NCBI GenBank assembly: GCA_963804425.1
Contig: CAWDQF010000007.1
Coordinates: forward strand, 756,442 to 820,441
Source of the DNA: an uncultured Verrucomicrobiae bacterium
Lineage (GTDB): Bacteria > Verrucomicrobiota > Verrucomicrobiia > Chthoniobacterales > JAFAMB01
Length of the DNA: 64,000 nt
Reading direction: 5' to 3'
Shown here: in pieces, positions 48,042-59,690 of the stretch
How positions within the stretch are numbered: position 1 is the first letter of the stretch
Layout of the letters: each line of letters begins with the position of its first letter
The notes under the pieces: model-generated
Databases searched by the model: none
The model's input: only the letters and a program-made list of their open reading frames with translations
What the model was told of the DNA's origin: nothing
Position numbers and translations under genes: made by a program

Positions 48042-50468
48042 TTAGAGCGGCCATTTCCAGTCGACGATATCTGGCCTGTCGATACCGTTTTCATACGCGT
48101 AGCCGCAGCAGGCTATCTGCTCGTTCTTGAACTTATCCTTGATGTGGGCACCTGCCACTTTGAGTCTGGGCACGCGATCGATGGCATCGATCGCAATACT
48201 GAAGCGATCGATTTCATTGCGAATCGCCAGCTCGAACGGTGTGTTAATGCTTCCCTGTTCCTTGTAGCCGCGCACGTGCAGGTTGTCATGGTTGTGACGC
48301 CGGTAAGTCAGGCGGTGGATCATCCAGGGATAGGCATGGAAATTGAAGATGACCGGCTTATCGAGCGTGAACAAACTATCAAAATCGCGATCGGACAACC
48401 CGTGAGGATGCTCCGTGTCCGGTTGCAGCCGGAAGAGGTCCACTACGTTTACGAACCGAATCTTCAAGTCCGGGAACTCGCTTCGCAACAACGCGGTTGC
48501 GGCGAGACCCTCAAGGGTCGGAGTATCGCCGGCTGTTGCAATCACGACGTCGGGTTCGGCCCCCTGATCGTTGCTCGCCCAGTCCCAAAGCCCAATCCCC
48601 TTCGTGCAGTGAGTGATCGCCGACTCCATATCGAGATACTGAAGGTGAAGCTGCTTATCGCAAACCATGACGTTCACGTAGTCTTTGCTCCGCAAACAGT
48701 GATCAGCGACCGACAATAGCGAGTTCCCATCGGGTGGCAGGTAGATGCGAGTCACTTCCGGGCTCTTGTTGGCAACTATATCCAGAAAGCCAGGATCCTG
48801 ATGAGTAAAGCCGTTGTGGTCTTGTCGCCAAACGGTAGAAGTAATTAGCAAATTGAGCGATGGAATGGACGTGCGCCAAGACACCTCGTCACATTTCTCA
48901 AGCCACTTGGCGTGCTGGTTGACCATGGAATCAATCACATGCACAAATGACTCGTAGGTAGCGAAGAAACCGTGGCGTCCGCTGAGAATGTAGCCTTCCA
49001 GCCAGCCCTCGAGCGTGTGCTCGCTCAGCATCTCCATGACCCGACCGTTCGGTCCCAGTTCGCCTCCGTCCAGATCTTCGGGAAGATATTCTTCTAACCA
49101 GGTCTTCTTGGTGACTTCGTAGATGGCGTCGAGCTTATTCGATGTGGTCTCGTCAGGACCAAAAACCCGGAAGCTGTCCGGGTTGTGCATCATGACGTCC
49201 CGCAGGAAAACTCCCAGCGGCCGCGTGTTCCCGACTTCAACCTGGCCGGGCTTCGATGACTCTACCCCGTATCGACGGAAATCCGGCATTCGCAGATCCT
49301 TGCTCACGACTCCTCCGTTCGCGTGCGGGTTTGCACCCATACGGCGAACGCCCTTGGGAGCGAGTTCTTTTAACGTCGGAATCAGCTTGCCAGTATCGTC
49401 AAATAGCTCTTCGGGCTTATAGCTACGCATCCAGTTTTCCAGCAAACGCAAATGACCAGGATTCTTAGCCACGTCCGCGATCGGGACCTGGTGCGCCCGC
49501 CAAAAGCCTTCTAGTTTATGTCCGTCAACCTCAGCCGGAGCCGTCCATCCCTTGGGCGAACGCAGGATGATCATTGGCCACCGGGCGAATTTGGCCAACC
49601 CAGTGCGACGCGTTTCCTGCTGAATCGCTTTGATCTCTTCCACGCACCGATCCAGAGTCGCTGCCATTGCCTGGTGCATGCTGTCGTGCTCAGAACCCTC
49701 GACAAGATACGGTTTGTATCCGTAGCCTTCGAACAGATCTTCAAGATCTTCATGGCTGATGCGAGAAAGAATAGTTGGATTGTTAATTTTATACCCGTTG
49801 AGGTGCAGAACTGGCAAGACAGCGCCGTCGGTGATTGGATTGAGAAACTTATTGGAGTGCCATGAGGCCGCCAATGGACCGGTTTCAGATTCTCCGTCGC
49901 CCACGACGCAGGCAGTGATCAGGCCCGGATTATCAAATACTGTTCCGTAGGCATGAGAAAGGCTGTACCCTAGTTCGCCTCCCTCGTGAATAGAGCCCGG
50001 GGTCTCCGGAGTGCAGTGGCTACCGATGCCGCCGGGAAAGGAAAACTGTCTGAAAAACCTTCGCAACCCCTCTTCGTCTTCGCTCTTGTCGGGATAAATC
50101 TCAGAATAGGTCCCCTCCAAATAAACCGGTGCGAGTACACCCGGTGCCCCGTGCCCGGGCCCCGAGACATACGTCATGTTCAGATCGTATTTTTTGATGA
50201 TGCGGTTCAGATGCACCCAGATAAAGGACTGCCCGGAGCTGGATCCCCAATGTCCCAACAAACGGCGCTTAATATGCTCAACCTTGAGCGGTTCCCGCAG
50301 CAGCGGGTTCTCGCGCAGATAGAGCATCCCAAGGATTAAATAGCAACAGGCGCGCCAGTAAGCATCTACGTTGATGAGGTCTTCAGGACTTAAAGCCGTG
50401 CCTTCAACGGTTGCCCTCGCGGGACCAAACGCACTAATGCTAGCTGAGTCAGTTTGAGTTGTGACCAT
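48042..50468 (-). CDS. xfp: xylulose-5-phosphate/fructose-6-phosphate phosphoketolase
   Basis: [34 protein letters not shown], and the overall XFP length. The likely start is MVTTQTD (50468, GGAGA SD), not the track's 50681. Confidence 0.92.
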   Translation of the reverse strand: MVTTQTDSASISAFGPARATVEGTALSPEDLINVDAYWRACCYLILGMLYLRENPLLREPLKVEHIKRRLLGHWGSSSGQSFIWVHLNRIIKKYDLNMTYVSGPGHGAPGVLAPVYLEGTYSEIYPDKSEDEEGLRRFFRQFSFPGGIGSHCTPETPGSIHEGGELGYSLSHAYGTVFDNPGLITACVVGDGESETGPLAASWHSNKFLNPITDGAVLPVLHLNGYKINNPTILSRISHEDLEDLFEGYGYKPYLVEGSEHDSMHQAMAATLDRCVEEIKAIQQETRRTGLAKFARWPMIILRSPKGWTAPAEVDGHKLEGFWRAHQVPIADVAKNPGHLRLLENWMRSYKPEELFDDTGKLIPTLKELAPKGVRRMGANPHANGGVVSKDLRMPDFRRYGVESSKPGQVEVGNTRPLGVFLRDVMMHNPDSFRVFGPDETTSNKLDAIYEVTKKTWLEEYLPEDLDGGELGPNGRVMEMLSEHTLEGWLEGYILSGRHGFFATYESFVHVIDSMVNQHAKWLEKCDEVSWRTSIPSLNLLITSTVWRQDHNGFTHQDPGFLDIVANKSPEVTRIYLPPDGNSLLSVADHCLRSKDYVNVMVCDKQLHLQYLDMESAITHCTKGIGLWDWASNDQGAEPDVVIATAGDTPTLEGLAATALLRSEFPDLKIRFVNVVDLFRLQPDTEHPHGLSDRDFDSLFTLDKPVIFNFHAYPWMIHRLTYRRHNHDNLHVRGYKEQGSINTPFELAIRNEIDRFSIAIDAIDRVPRLKVAGAHIKDKFKNEQIACCGYAYENGIDRPDIVDWKWPL

Positions 50469-50653
50469 ATTTTTGTTCTCCGCTTCCCATGCACCAGAAG
50501 AATCGGCTGGTTGATTCGGTAGTCCTCCTCCGCCTGCAGACTTTTGGCAACCCTCTTTGAGGATCTTCAGGAAGTCTCGCTTCGGGATCTGGAAGAATGC
50601 CGGGGGTAAACAAGTTTGAAGCCTCTCGCGGCGCTTAGCGGCTTTGCAGTTCA

Positions 50654-51361
50654 ATGCACGACATGAGAGGCTCGATTCCACCGGATCGCGCCGTGTGCTT
50701 AGAGCAATTCTCTGAGTTAAGGCAACTTCTCTATTCTTTGCTTGAAACGGCTTTTCTGCTGGCGTTTTCTGCGATCATGGGCATGGGCCAACCAGTTAGA
50801 ACATCTTCAGCTACCGCGCTTTGGTGCCCTCCATCGTGGCTTGGATTCCTGTGGGGTTTCGCCGAGGCGACACTTTTTTTCATTATCCCTGACGTCGTGT
50901 TAAGCTGGGCGTCGCTGGCTGGGGCCAAATGCGGGATCAAGATTTTCGGAGCCATTCTTGGGGGAGCCATAGTGGGCGGTTTTTGCATGTACCTGTGGGC
51001 CGTCTGGCAGCCTGAGGTGGCCCGCTCGGCGGTTGCTGGCGTGCCTTTTGTTCGGACTAAGATGTTCGACAAAGTGCAGGCCGATTATCGAAGCCATGGT
51101 GTTTCCGGAATATTTTACACTCTGGGCACTGGTATTCCGTACAAAGTCTATGCGGTTCTCGCGCCGCCGGTGTGCAGTCCGATTACATTTGTGCCCATCA
51201 GCTTTCTCGCGAGGCTAGAGCGAATGGTCCTCAGCTGGCTGATCCCGACCATCCTGGGAGGGCTTCTCCAACGCTGGATCCGCAATCATCAGCGCCTCAC
51301 CGGAGCGCTCTGGATCGGATTCTGGGTCATTACCTACGCGAGATATTGGAGTACGGTTTGA
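50654..51361 (+). CDS. hypothetical multi-pass membrane protein (start uncertain)
   Basis: 4-5 hydrophobic helices; no firm family call. Confidence 0.45.
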   Translation: MHDMRGSIPPDRAVCLEQFSELRQLLYSLLETAFLLAFSAIMGMGQPVRTSSATALWCPPSWLGFLWGFAEATLFFIIPDVVLSWASLAGAKCGIKIFGAILGGAIVGGFCMYLWAVWQPEVARSAVAGVPFVRTKMFDKVQADYRSHGVSGIFYTLGTGIPYKVYAVLAPPVCSPITFVPISFLARLERMVLSWLIPTILGGLLQRWIRNHQRLTGALWIGFWVITYARYWSTV

Positions 51362-51615
51362 GTGCAGAACACGGAATCTAGAATCTGGAAACTTACGGTG
51401 ACTTCAAGCTGTCGAGATATCCGCAGAGCGCTTCGCCCGCCTGCATCATCAATTCCTGGTTTTGCGAATTCTTGGCTGTGCCCCGGCCGCACCTCCGTCG
51501 TGAGGCCGGCACGGAGACCTCGCCGCGCTCGAGCTAACCGGCCACAAGGTCGTGCCTGCGGCGCCGGCTTATGGACACTCCTGCGGTGCCCTCTCATCGG
51601 CTGCTCTCTCTCAAC

Positions 51616-52083
51616 TCATTCGGCCTTGATGGCCGCGTTCGTGGCGTCGTTGCGTTTGCGTCGGAGCAGCGCGTCGAGGCTCCAGTCGCCGCCGCCCTGC
51701 GCGGCCATGTACAGGAAGAGGAAACAGAACAGGACGGCGGACACGCCTTGGTTCTGGACCGGTGACACGCCATTCGGCGCATGGAACTGCCAATACGCAA
51801 CCGCCATCATGCCGGAGAGGATGAACGCGACCGGCCGGGTTCCAAGGCCTAGCATGATCGCGATACCCCCCAAGAACTCGAGTGCTCCGCCGATACCCAT
51901 CTGGGACATAAGGGGCGGGGTGCCAGGCTGACCGGGAATTCCGCCAAACCAGCCGAATAAGATCAAGCCGCCCGTTTGGATGAATAAAAGACCCGCCACG
52001 ACCCGAAGCAGAAAGTAGGTCACACGGATGATGACGAATTCCCGCTCTGCGGGCGCCGTGGCAGGATTATTTTTTGTGGTCAT
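51616..52083 (-). CDS. DoxX family membrane protein
   Basis: LLRVVAGLLFIQTGGLILFGWFGG...GGALEFLGGIAIMLGLGTRPVAFILSGMMAVAY. Confidence 0.8.
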   Translation of the reverse strand: MTTKNNPATAPAEREFVIIRVTYFLLRVVAGLLFIQTGGLILFGWFGGIPGQPGTPPLMSQMGIGGALEFLGGIAIMLGLGTRPVAFILSGMMAVAYWQFHAPNGVSPVQNQGVSAVLFCFLFLYMAAQGGGDWSLDALLRRKRNDATNAAIKAE

Positions 52084-52086
52084 GTC

Positions 52087-52633
52087 TTGTCAGTGATTTT
52101 ATTTCGATTGAGCCTAACGGCAAACGAAGAGAAACGGTTAGCAGCAGCATCGGGCACCCGAGCAGCGTGCAGCGAAAACCTCTCTCGTTACCTCCCAGTC
52201 GAACGAGCCGGCGCCGAAGAGGTAGATACCCCATACGGGATTGGTCAGTTTCAGGTTCTGGACGATGTTGCCCGAGTGGGGCGTCGATCCTCCAGCGTCG
52301 TCGAAAAAGATCCGTAATAGAAAACGGCGATCATGCCGTTCCGGACAATGACATTCCCAGCATGGTGCACGTAGACCCCGACGTTCGATGTCGGGGTGCC
52401 GGGTAGTAGAGATAATGGTCTCCCAAATCCAGGGTCACATTACTGCTGAGGATCTGGATGGCTGCACCAGCAGCCGAAGAGTAAACGAGGTTTGAGCCCA
52501 CCGCATAGGTGCCGGGAGCATTGATGGCGTAGGGGACCGCGTTGATGATGGTCTGACCGAAGGAGTCGGCAGCAAAGGATGTGATGGCCAATAAAGCGAA
52601 GAAGAGAGATTTTATACGAGGGTTTATTTTCAA
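52087..52633 (-). pseudogene. decayed, truncated paralog of the beta-helix gene 17905..18618
   Basis: MKINPRIKSLFFALLAITSFAADSFGQTIINAVPYAINAPGTYAVGSNLVYSSAAGAAIQILSSNVTLDLG matches copy A. The frame then breaks near 52395 and again further on, and homology ends against doxX. Confidence 0.75.
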
Positions 52634-52919
52634 TTAAATTCCCTCCGTGGTGAAAAGATCCAGCGGAAGGCTATGCTCTCTTAGGCCGGGAAACTAGGCA
52701 GAAGCCTGTCGATGAAGGCTAGGCGCGTGAGCCCAAGGGCGGCCTGGATGAGCTAACAAAGCGGGCGAACTGATGCGCCGGAGTACCTTAGCCCCAACCT
52801 TCCGATTCGCAGTTGCGGAAGGTAATGGACGCTGGTCCATGTAGAGGTGTAAATCGCTGGAGATCGGCAAAAGGTCATCACAGTTGCTGCCCGTCAGGCG
52901 ATCAAACTTGGAGAAAAAT

Positions 52920-53447
52920 ATGAACAACGAAGAGCTGCGCGATTTCAACAAGAAGCGGAAAATTTATCAGATCGCTTGGGTCACCCGTGATCTAGAAAAA
53001 AGCATGAGAGCGTGGATCGAGAACCTCAAGATCGGGCCGTGGACGGTGCTGACCTTTACCGATAAATCACTCAAGTACTTGAAGGTTGACGACAAACACG
53101 TCAGTGAGCCTTTCAAGTTCCTGATCGCCATATCATGGATTGGCGACATGCAGCTTGAGATTATCCAGCCTGTCTACGGTCCAACCATCTATGAAGCATT
53201 CATAGAGAAACACGGAGAAGGCTTGCACCATATTAAGGAGCAAATACAAGATGAGTCAACTGACGCAGTCCTCCAGGAGTATCGCGACAAAGGCATCGGC
53301 GTTTTGCAGACAGGGCAGTTCGACATCGATGTTCACTATTATCTGAACACCGAGCCGAAGCTCGACTTCATCTACGAACTCGGCAACTGCCCGAAGCTGG
53401 ATTTGCCTTCGGACCGGTACTGGACTTACCCGCCAGAACAGGCCTGA
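52920..53447 (+). CDS. VOC family (glyoxalase-like) protein
   Basis: IYQIAWVTRDLEKSMRAW...MQLEIIQP..GPTIYEAFIEKHGEGLHHI. Confidence 0.65.
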   Translation: MNNEELRDFNKKRKIYQIAWVTRDLEKSMRAWIENLKIGPWTVLTFTDKSLKYLKVDDKHVSEPFKFLIAISWIGDMQLEIIQPVYGPTIYEAFIEKHGEGLHHIKEQIQDESTDAVLQEYRDKGIGVLQTGQFDIDVHYYLNTEPKLDFIYELGNCPKLDLPSDRYWTYPPEQA

Positions 53448-53501
53448 GTCTGCTTTTGGTCTGTCGGTTTCTTTGTCTCCCCGACTCCAAACTCTGCTCT
53501 C

Positions 53502-54958
53502 CTACCTTTCGTATTCCACCACCACTAACGCGTTCGGTTTCAGTTTTAACGACAGGTTGGTTGGGTCCTTCTGTACCACGGTCACGCCTTCAGCTAGCGA
53601 CTGTTCGCCAACCAGACGCAGCGTGGCTTGCTGTCGCAAACTAGGGAAAAAACGAGCTCCCCATCGCTTCCCACTCCTTGAGCGGCGATCCATGGTCTTC
53701 GTCGACTAGATGAATCCTGGCATACTTAGTCTGAGGCGCTCCTTTTAACTGGATATCGAATCTCTCCGTAGAACCAGTCTCGTTAGGAGGGGTATAGTTC
53801 CAGATAGCCGTTACAACTGAATGATCGACGGATCGAACCGTGGCCAGAGCCGACGGGTGGCTCAATGCAAATTGCTGATCACCCAAGAGACGTAAAATTT
53901 TGAAAGCATAAAAAGAGGCTTTTGGAATTCCGCCTGTCGCGATCAGGCCAAACCCATTTGAAAAAGGGCTCTTAGAGACGCCGCCTTCTTCAAAGAAGGC
54001 ATCGGTGAACGTCCAATAGGACATCTCGGTTACCAGCCCTCCTGAACACTGGCGGATGTTGTTAGCGAGCCAGGCACCGACATATGGCGAATCCAATTGC
54101 ACGCGGTCAAATCCAGCATTGTATTCGCTCCAGATGATTGGCAAATCTGGCTTAACCGAAGCCTTTACTTCATTGTAAACCTTTCGAACCGCTCGAGCGA
54201 CCATCTCCGATTGCGGGATCTTTTCCTCTTTCCCAAAGACATTCAGCGCCGTGTCGTTTGGATAGATATGCGTCGAGACGAAATCAACTGGCACATCGTT
54301 TTCGCCACAATGCTGGATGAAACGATCCACCCAAGCGGCTTGCGCGGTAGCGGGCCCGCCTACTCTCAATAGGGGGCTGACCGCTTTGAGAGCGCGTGCC
54401 GTTAGGTCGTAGAGGTCGTAGTAGGTTTCTTCTTTGGGCTCGCCCGCCCAGAAATTGATATTCGGCTCGTTTCCAAACTTCGAAGTACCAATCGGAGACC
54501 TCGGCTAGTCCGTATCGGTCAACCAGGTGTTGAGCGAACAGAAAGATAAGCTGATACCAATTCTGCGGATCGCGGGGAGGAGCCACGATGGGATGATACC
54601 AGAATGGATGAACGGCTTGCGTCTCGGCAAGCTCCTCTGGCATGAATCCGAGTTCGACGAAGGGACGCACGCCGTTCTTGAGTAGTCCATCATAGATTAG
54701 GTCGACGCGGGTAAAATTCAGTATCAGATTATCGTCTTTGTCTTCGCGGTCGTAGATGCCAACGGACCGTTCAAAGATGCCGTGAAACCTGACATATTTT
54801 ACGTCAACGATCTCTTTGAGTATTCGCAAGTCGTTTCGCCAGTCCTCGCAAAGGGTCACCGAAGCATGACAGGAGCCAAACATGTGCTCCCAAAAATGGG
54901 GGAACGGGGTGGTTGAACCCGCCGCGTCGATAACGATGGTCTCGCCCATGCAACTCAT
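53502..54958 (-). pseudogene. GH39 beta-xylosidase-like gene with two frameshifts (near 54470 and at the A6/T6 run 53647-53652)
   Basis: Three minus ORFs join as ..VSDWYFEVW|NEPNINFWAGEPKEETYYDLYDLTARALKAVSPLLRVGGPATAQAAW.. and ..EWEAMGSSFFP|SLRQQATLRLVGEQ..LKLKPNALVVVEY. Confidence 0.75.
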
Positions 54959-55118
54959 CTAAAGACTTGCCGATTACTTGCAATCGATTTCGATTGAGCA
55001 GAGTCGTTTTGGGACAGGTCGGTTTTTCCTTTCTTTTCTTTGAATGGAACCGAAGCGCAGGCGATACGGTTTCGTCTAGAGAAAGGGGTACGGGGCTCGA
55101 ACTCGTGGCTAATTCGTC

Positions 55119-55397
55119 TTGTTCGCAGTTCCGAAAACGGCAGAGTCAGGAATGTCCGCAGAAAAATCTTTTTACGTAGTCCGAGAGCCGGAGTGGACCG
55201 TTGTCGTTGATACCGACAAGGAGCCCGTTGCGCTTTTCGTTGCTCTAGCAGTAAGAACGCAACGAGGAGCCTTCACAAAACCGGAGTTCATTAGTCCACC
55301 GAAACCAGCTCGGGAAATGCTAGACCCGAATTCAATTACAAGACGCGCAAGACTACCAAGAGACAAGGTATTGGGTTATTTAGAATGCCGGACGTAA
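55119..55397 (+). CDS. hypothetical protein
   Basis: ORF only. Confidence 0.25.
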   Translation: MFAVPKTAESGMSAEKSFYVVREPEWTVVVDTDKEPVALFVALAVRTQRGAFTKPEFISPPKPAREMLDPNSITRRARLPRDKVLGYLECRT

Positions 55398-55605
55398 GAT
55401 CGCACTACCACCGAAGGCCCCGACGTAACGCAAAAGAGAAGAGAAATTTCCCGCGGCTCATTCAAAAGTTAAAGCAACTAGCATTCGAACGAGGCTTCCC
55501 TCGAAACCTCTGACCCACCGTCATCGGACCGATCGCGGCCTGCCTCCGCTCTTCTTCTCGCCAGTCGCGGCAACGGCAAAGGTAACAAATATTCCAGCAA
55601 ACGTT

Positions 55606-55767
55606 AATTTAAATAGGGTTACGCGTTAACTGAAACTGCCAACAATCTGTAGCTTGCCCTGAGAGTGGCGAACGCCTAGAGCACCCTTTGAAGGCAGATA
55701 AAGACTTGGCGCGAAGAATACAACGCTTTTGAGATCGTTGTAAGTTAAGACGTCACCCTATTTAAAC
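55606..55767. repeat. about 25-bp imperfect inverted repeats flanking a 113-bp AT-rich segment
   Basis: aatttaaatagggttacgcgttaac (55606-55630) versus the reverse complement of gttaagacgtcaccctatttaaac (55744-55767); about 21 of 25 positions match. Confidence 0.6.
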
Positions 55768-56011
55768 TTTGCCGAACCACAAAGCGTGGGTCCTCCCGAT
55801 GACATGAAAGTCAAGCGGGTGAGTTCCGATCCAGAGCTTTTGCTCCAGAAATTTGTCCGAAACAGGGCCACAGAATAAAAATTTAATGTTACTCAACGGT
55901 TCGTCTAACTGACCAATGCACAGGAACTAAAGAGTTTATGTTTCTCTAATGTCAGTGCTATGAGCTACTTTATTATTATGGAAATTCTCAGGAATCTCAC
56001 GGACCCAAAAC

Positions 56012-58219
56012 GTGCTCAGTTTAGACTTGCAGAATACCGGAAGCGAAGAAGTCTTCTCGCGTAGCGGTCCCCATACTAACCCCAATGTGTTCTTATTGGC
56101 GGGAGTGTTAGTCGCTGCTCATAAGGCGAATATCCTCAATACTCAACAACTCACCTATCTGACCGGAGCGATCAATCACGATCACAGCTTAGCTTGGGAT
56201 CAGCTGACTATTAATCTCTGGTTTAAGAAGCAGACAGGGATCGCCGGCACGATCGGGTCTAACGAAGCCGATCACCACAACCTTAAAAAACCCGAAAAGA
56301 AAGCCAAGAGCCAAGTGAAATCGCCAAGCTTAAAGGTGGCCATCCTATCATTGTTAACGGCACTAACTTATATCTGGGCGTTTGATCACGCCAGCGGTCA
56401 GACCGCCTACCCGCTGCAACGCACCGGCAACAACCGCTACCTGACCGATCAAACGGGCAAACCGGTCATGTTAGTCGGGGATAGCGCTTGGAACCTGATC
56501 GTTAACTTGAATACAAGCGACGCCAGTCAGTATTTTGCCAATCGGAAAGCTCACGGATTCAATGCCGTAATGACGGCGGTCCTATGCGGACCGGGAGCTT
56601 TCGGCCGGTCAGACTTCAGCACCTACGACGGTATCGTACCGTTCACTACCCCCGGAGACATCTCAACGCCCAATCCGGCTTACTTCGCCCGAGTGGACCA
56701 GATGGTCAACCTGGCTGCCAGTTACGGCATCATGCTGCTGCTCAATCCAATTGAGAATTACGGCTGGGAGAGCATCTACCAGAACAGCAGCGCGACCAAG
56801 CTAACGAATTGGGGAATGTTCTTAGGCAATCGCTACAAAGGCAGTTCGAACGTTCAATGGTTTCACGGCAATGACTATCAGGACTGGCCAGCGGCCGATA
56901 GTGCTTTCCTCAGCATCATCAATGGGATCAGGAGCGTCGACGGCAACCACCTGCACACTTTCGAACTCAACTATCTCAACAGTGAAGACCTGGACGACGC
57001 CAATTTAAGCAGTGTACTCGGCCTCAACTTCGTCTACAGCTACTTTCCGACTTACGCGGAAGGGCTCGAGGCATACAACCGCAGCGCCATGCCCTGGATT
57101 TTAGGCGAGAGCAACTACGACCAGGAACACCTCGGCAACGTGGACGGCGGATCGGTCGAGAACTTGCGAAGACAGGAGTATTGGGTAGCGACCAGTGGAG
57201 CGGCTGGACAATTATTTGGCAGTTTCTGGACCGACCGATTTGCGAACGGCTGGCAAAATAACATCGATGACGCGGGAACTGTGCAATTGCAGCTATTAGT
57301 CAATCTGTTTAACGGATTGCAATGGTACAACCTGATCCCTGACCAAAATCATCAATTCGTGACTGCGGGCTACGGCACGCCTTACACGGACCTAGGAGCA
57401 GCATCAGCTGTTGGCACGATCCCCAACGATAACTTTGTCACAGCAGCGCTGACTAGCGACAACACACTTGGAATTGCTTATCTGCCAAGCATTCGCACAA
57501 TCACCGTCAATTTAGGCATATTCAGCGGACCAGTCAGCCTGCAATGGTTTGATCCGAGCAACGGTGCGACTCAAACGATCGGTGGATCGCCGTTCGCTAA
57601 CAGCGGAAGCATGCAAATCGCGCCACCCGGTCAGACCAGCGACGGCCAGGACGATTGGGTTCTAATATGCAAATCAACGTCAAATCCCACCCCCACACCC
57701 ACGCCGACTCCGACACCAACGCCGACCCCCACACCAACACCGACTCCCACACCAACACCGACTCCCACACCAACACCGACTCCCACACCAACACCGACTC
57801 CCACACCAACGCCGACTCCCACACCAACACCGACTCCCACACCAACACCGACTCCCACACCAACGCCGACTCCCACACCAACGCCGACTCCTACACCAAG
57901 CCCAACTGCGACTCCGCCACCGACTCCCACCCCAACACCAGGATTCGCTCCAAACTTAATTTCGGCAATCAGTAGCTCACCCGGAGACGCCACGCTGCAC
58001 TGGACAGAAAGCGGCAGCGGTGGCTGGTACATAGTGGTCTATGGCACGCAGAGCGGACAGTATAAGAGCGCGAGTTATCCTCCCGGCACCGACAGTGACG
58101 TCACGTGGACGGTATCGAACTTAACCAGCGGTACGACTTACTTTTTCTCCGTGGTGTACATTCAGAACGAAATCGGAGTTCTCGGCACTTCGAACGTACT
58201 CTCAGTCAACATCCAATGA
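56012..58219 (+). CDS. secreted DUF4038/GH140-like glycosidase domain + long Pro-Thr linker + Fn3 domain (start uncertain; GTG near 56314 gives a cleaner signal peptide)
   Basis: ..[43 protein letters not shown].. resembles the DUF4038 N-terminus. It is followed by a (PT)n linker and a C-terminal [37 protein letters not shown] Fn3 domain. Confidence 0.6.
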   Translation: MLSLDLQNTGSEEVFSRSGPHTNPNVFLLAGVLVAAHKANILNTQQLTYLTGAINHDHSLAWDQLTINLWFKKQTGIAGTIGSNEADHHNLKKPEKKAKSQVKSPSLKVAILSLLTALTYIWAFDHASGQTAYPLQRTGNNRYLTDQTGKPVMLVGDSAWNLIVNLNTSDASQYFANRKAHGFNAVMTAVLCGPGAFGRSDFSTYDGIVPFTTPGDISTPNPAYFARVDQMVNLAASYGIMLLLNPIENYGWESIYQNSSATKLTNWGMFLGNRYKGSSNVQWFHGNDYQDWPAADSAFLSIINGIRSVDGNHLHTFELNYLNSEDLDDANLSSVLGLNFVYSYFPTYAEGLEAYNRSAMPWILGESNYDQEHLGNVDGGSVENLRRQEYWVATSGAAGQLFGSFWTDRFANGWQNNIDDAGTVQLQLLVNLFNGLQWYNLIPDQNHQFVTAGYGTPYTDLGAASAVGTIPNDNFVTAALTSDNTLGIAYLPSIRTITVNLGIFSGPVSLQWFDPSNGATQTIGGSPFANSGSMQIAPPGQTSDGQDDWVLICKSTSNPTPTPTPTPTPTPTPTPTPTPTPTPTPTPTPTPTPTPTPTPTPTPTPTPTPTPTPTPTPTPTPTPTPTPTPSPTATPPPTPTPTPGFAPNLISAISSSPGDATLHWTESGSGGWYIVVYGTQSGQYKSASYPPGTDSDVTWTVSNLTSGTTYFFSVVYIQNEIGVLGTSNVLSVNIQ
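57670..57935 (+). repeat. in-frame tandem nucleotide repeat encoding the (Pro-Thr)n linker
   Basis: Near-perfect reiteration of ccgactcccacaccaaca(cc)-type 6/18-nt units. Confidence 0.9.
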
Positions 58220-58688
58220 GTAATCCAATGGTGGCGGGAAGATAAACACCCAAGCTTTTTTGTCTTCGCTGAGGTTCACCGTTGGAAGGATCATGGCAAA
58301 TCCTATTTCTTTGATTGCTTCGGTCCAAGTCGGTTGCCGACATCTGCCATGATAGAAGCGTTCTCCAAGGATGACTACTGCCACAGGCCATCCAACCAAA
58401 ACATTAAAAAACCGCAGAACTACACTTTAGACCTGTCCAGTCAGGGGATTGCGATTCAAGTCGGGCTTTCTTTGCCCGGAGAAGTGACATCAGGGCGCTC
58501 AGACACTGACGCGCCCTAATGCCTGAAGCAGGTAGACTTCGACCTTTAGTTCGTGCCTCGAGGGTGTAGCGCGCGTGCGTGTAGAGATAAAAACCGGCGA
58601 GATCCTTTGGTCGCTGTTCGCGCACTGAGCCGCGCATTTTTGCCTCTAACCCTATGGAAGCGTGATCAAATGATTTCTCGGGTTATAG

Positions 58689-59315
58689 TCATAGTATACC
58701 GAGATTCTGAATGTGCCGCTGACGCTTTGCTTTAACTGCCAGTGTGCCCGCACCCAGCCTACTGTATACGTCTATCACTCGAATATCAGTGATTGCGCCG
58801 TTTTGCGCAGTAATTGAAAGTAACACACCCGGTTCATAGTTATTGTGTTTTTCTCTATAGTCGCGCACCTCCTCCCAGAGCTCGTGTGGGAAATGCGACT
58901 TAGGTGCGCTTTCAAAAAAGTCTTTTGCCGAGCCGGTCCGACGACCGGTATGCGCGGGCGTTTGGCCTGAGGGTTTTTCCAAGAGTTTAAATGTGATTGG
59001 CTGGTCGGCTGTGCCGCTAAAGGCCAACACAAATTTCCAGTGTTGCTTGATCCACGCTGCTACTTCCGCTGAGGTTTGTGGCCATTGAGCGGCTTCTCTG
59101 ACCGTCACATCGGTAATGGCGCCTTTTGCGGCGGTGATTTGAGCGTGTAGCGCAATTTCTTTTGTGCCAGTGCGGGGTTGCTGCAACTCTTGCCACGCTG
59201 CGTCGGAAAGTTTCGGTGGCGGCGCTGATGAGAGATCGGGACTTGCTGCGCGCAGTGAAAACACTGCAAACCCGAGCATCAGCAGACTTGATAGCCAACG
59301 GATCGTTCTATTCAC
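58689..59315 (-). CDS. secreted hypothetical protein with two TonB-C-like modules; C-terminus possibly frameshifted
   Basis: Signal peptide MNRTIRWLSSLLMLGFAVFSLRA. Repeated ..ITAAKGAITDVTV.. / ..ITAQNGAITDIRVID... An alternative frame at the 3' end reads ..GTFRISVYYDYN. Confidence 0.4.
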   Translation of the reverse strand: MNRTIRWLSSLLMLGFAVFSLRAASPDLSSAPPPKLSDAAWQELQQPRTGTKEIALHAQITAAKGAITDVTVREAAQWPQTSAEVAAWIKQHWKFVLAFSGTADQPITFKLLEKPSGQTPAHTGRRTGSAKDFFESAPKSHFPHELWEEVRDYREKHNNYEPGVLLSITAQNGAITDIRVIDVYSRLGAGTLAVKAKRQRHIQNLGIL

Positions 59316-59690
59316 GCCAACTCGCTTCTAATGAATCGATTTACCTTCGGCAACACTTCTCGTAGCTCCACTGATGGCCCCGACTCGAGACCAAGCTGCG
59401 CGCGAGCATCTGTTTGGGACGGTGCGAGTGACGGGGAGGTCAAGGGGTGGGAAAATAGGACGCGGACGATCGTGGTTGGAACTAGTGCGCCTGGCGTGCT
59501 GCCGAAGCTAGCAATCGAACTGGATTACCTATCTGTGTATCGGTTGGTTCCGTTTTTGATGTTTGCCAACTCCCCAGCTGCCGCAGAACTCCGCGTTCAA
59601 CTTTTTATTCTCGTCATTCGTCGGCCTATTTCCGCGTCCGGTTGGAATCATTAGGTTGCGGATGAGGGACCGGGTTCATTTACGCTCGTT

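Noticed and set aside
17826-52712. The inverted beta-helix paralogs as the ends of an actively invertible 34-kb segment.
   Set aside because: The copies are substantially diverged and one is decayed, so homologous recombination between them seems unlikely. No recombinase or att-like sites were seen.
57597-58032. ORFs encoding poly-(GV), (VWES)n and (HTNTDS)n.
   Set aside because: They are alternative-frame or antisense readings of the Pro-Thr linker repeat.
58202-58637. Two minus-strand ORFs (58404..58637, 58202..58399) that might be halves of one frameshifted gene.
   Set aside because: There is no recognisable family, and the second ORF overlaps the end of the glycosidase gene. The evidence is insufficient to call it.
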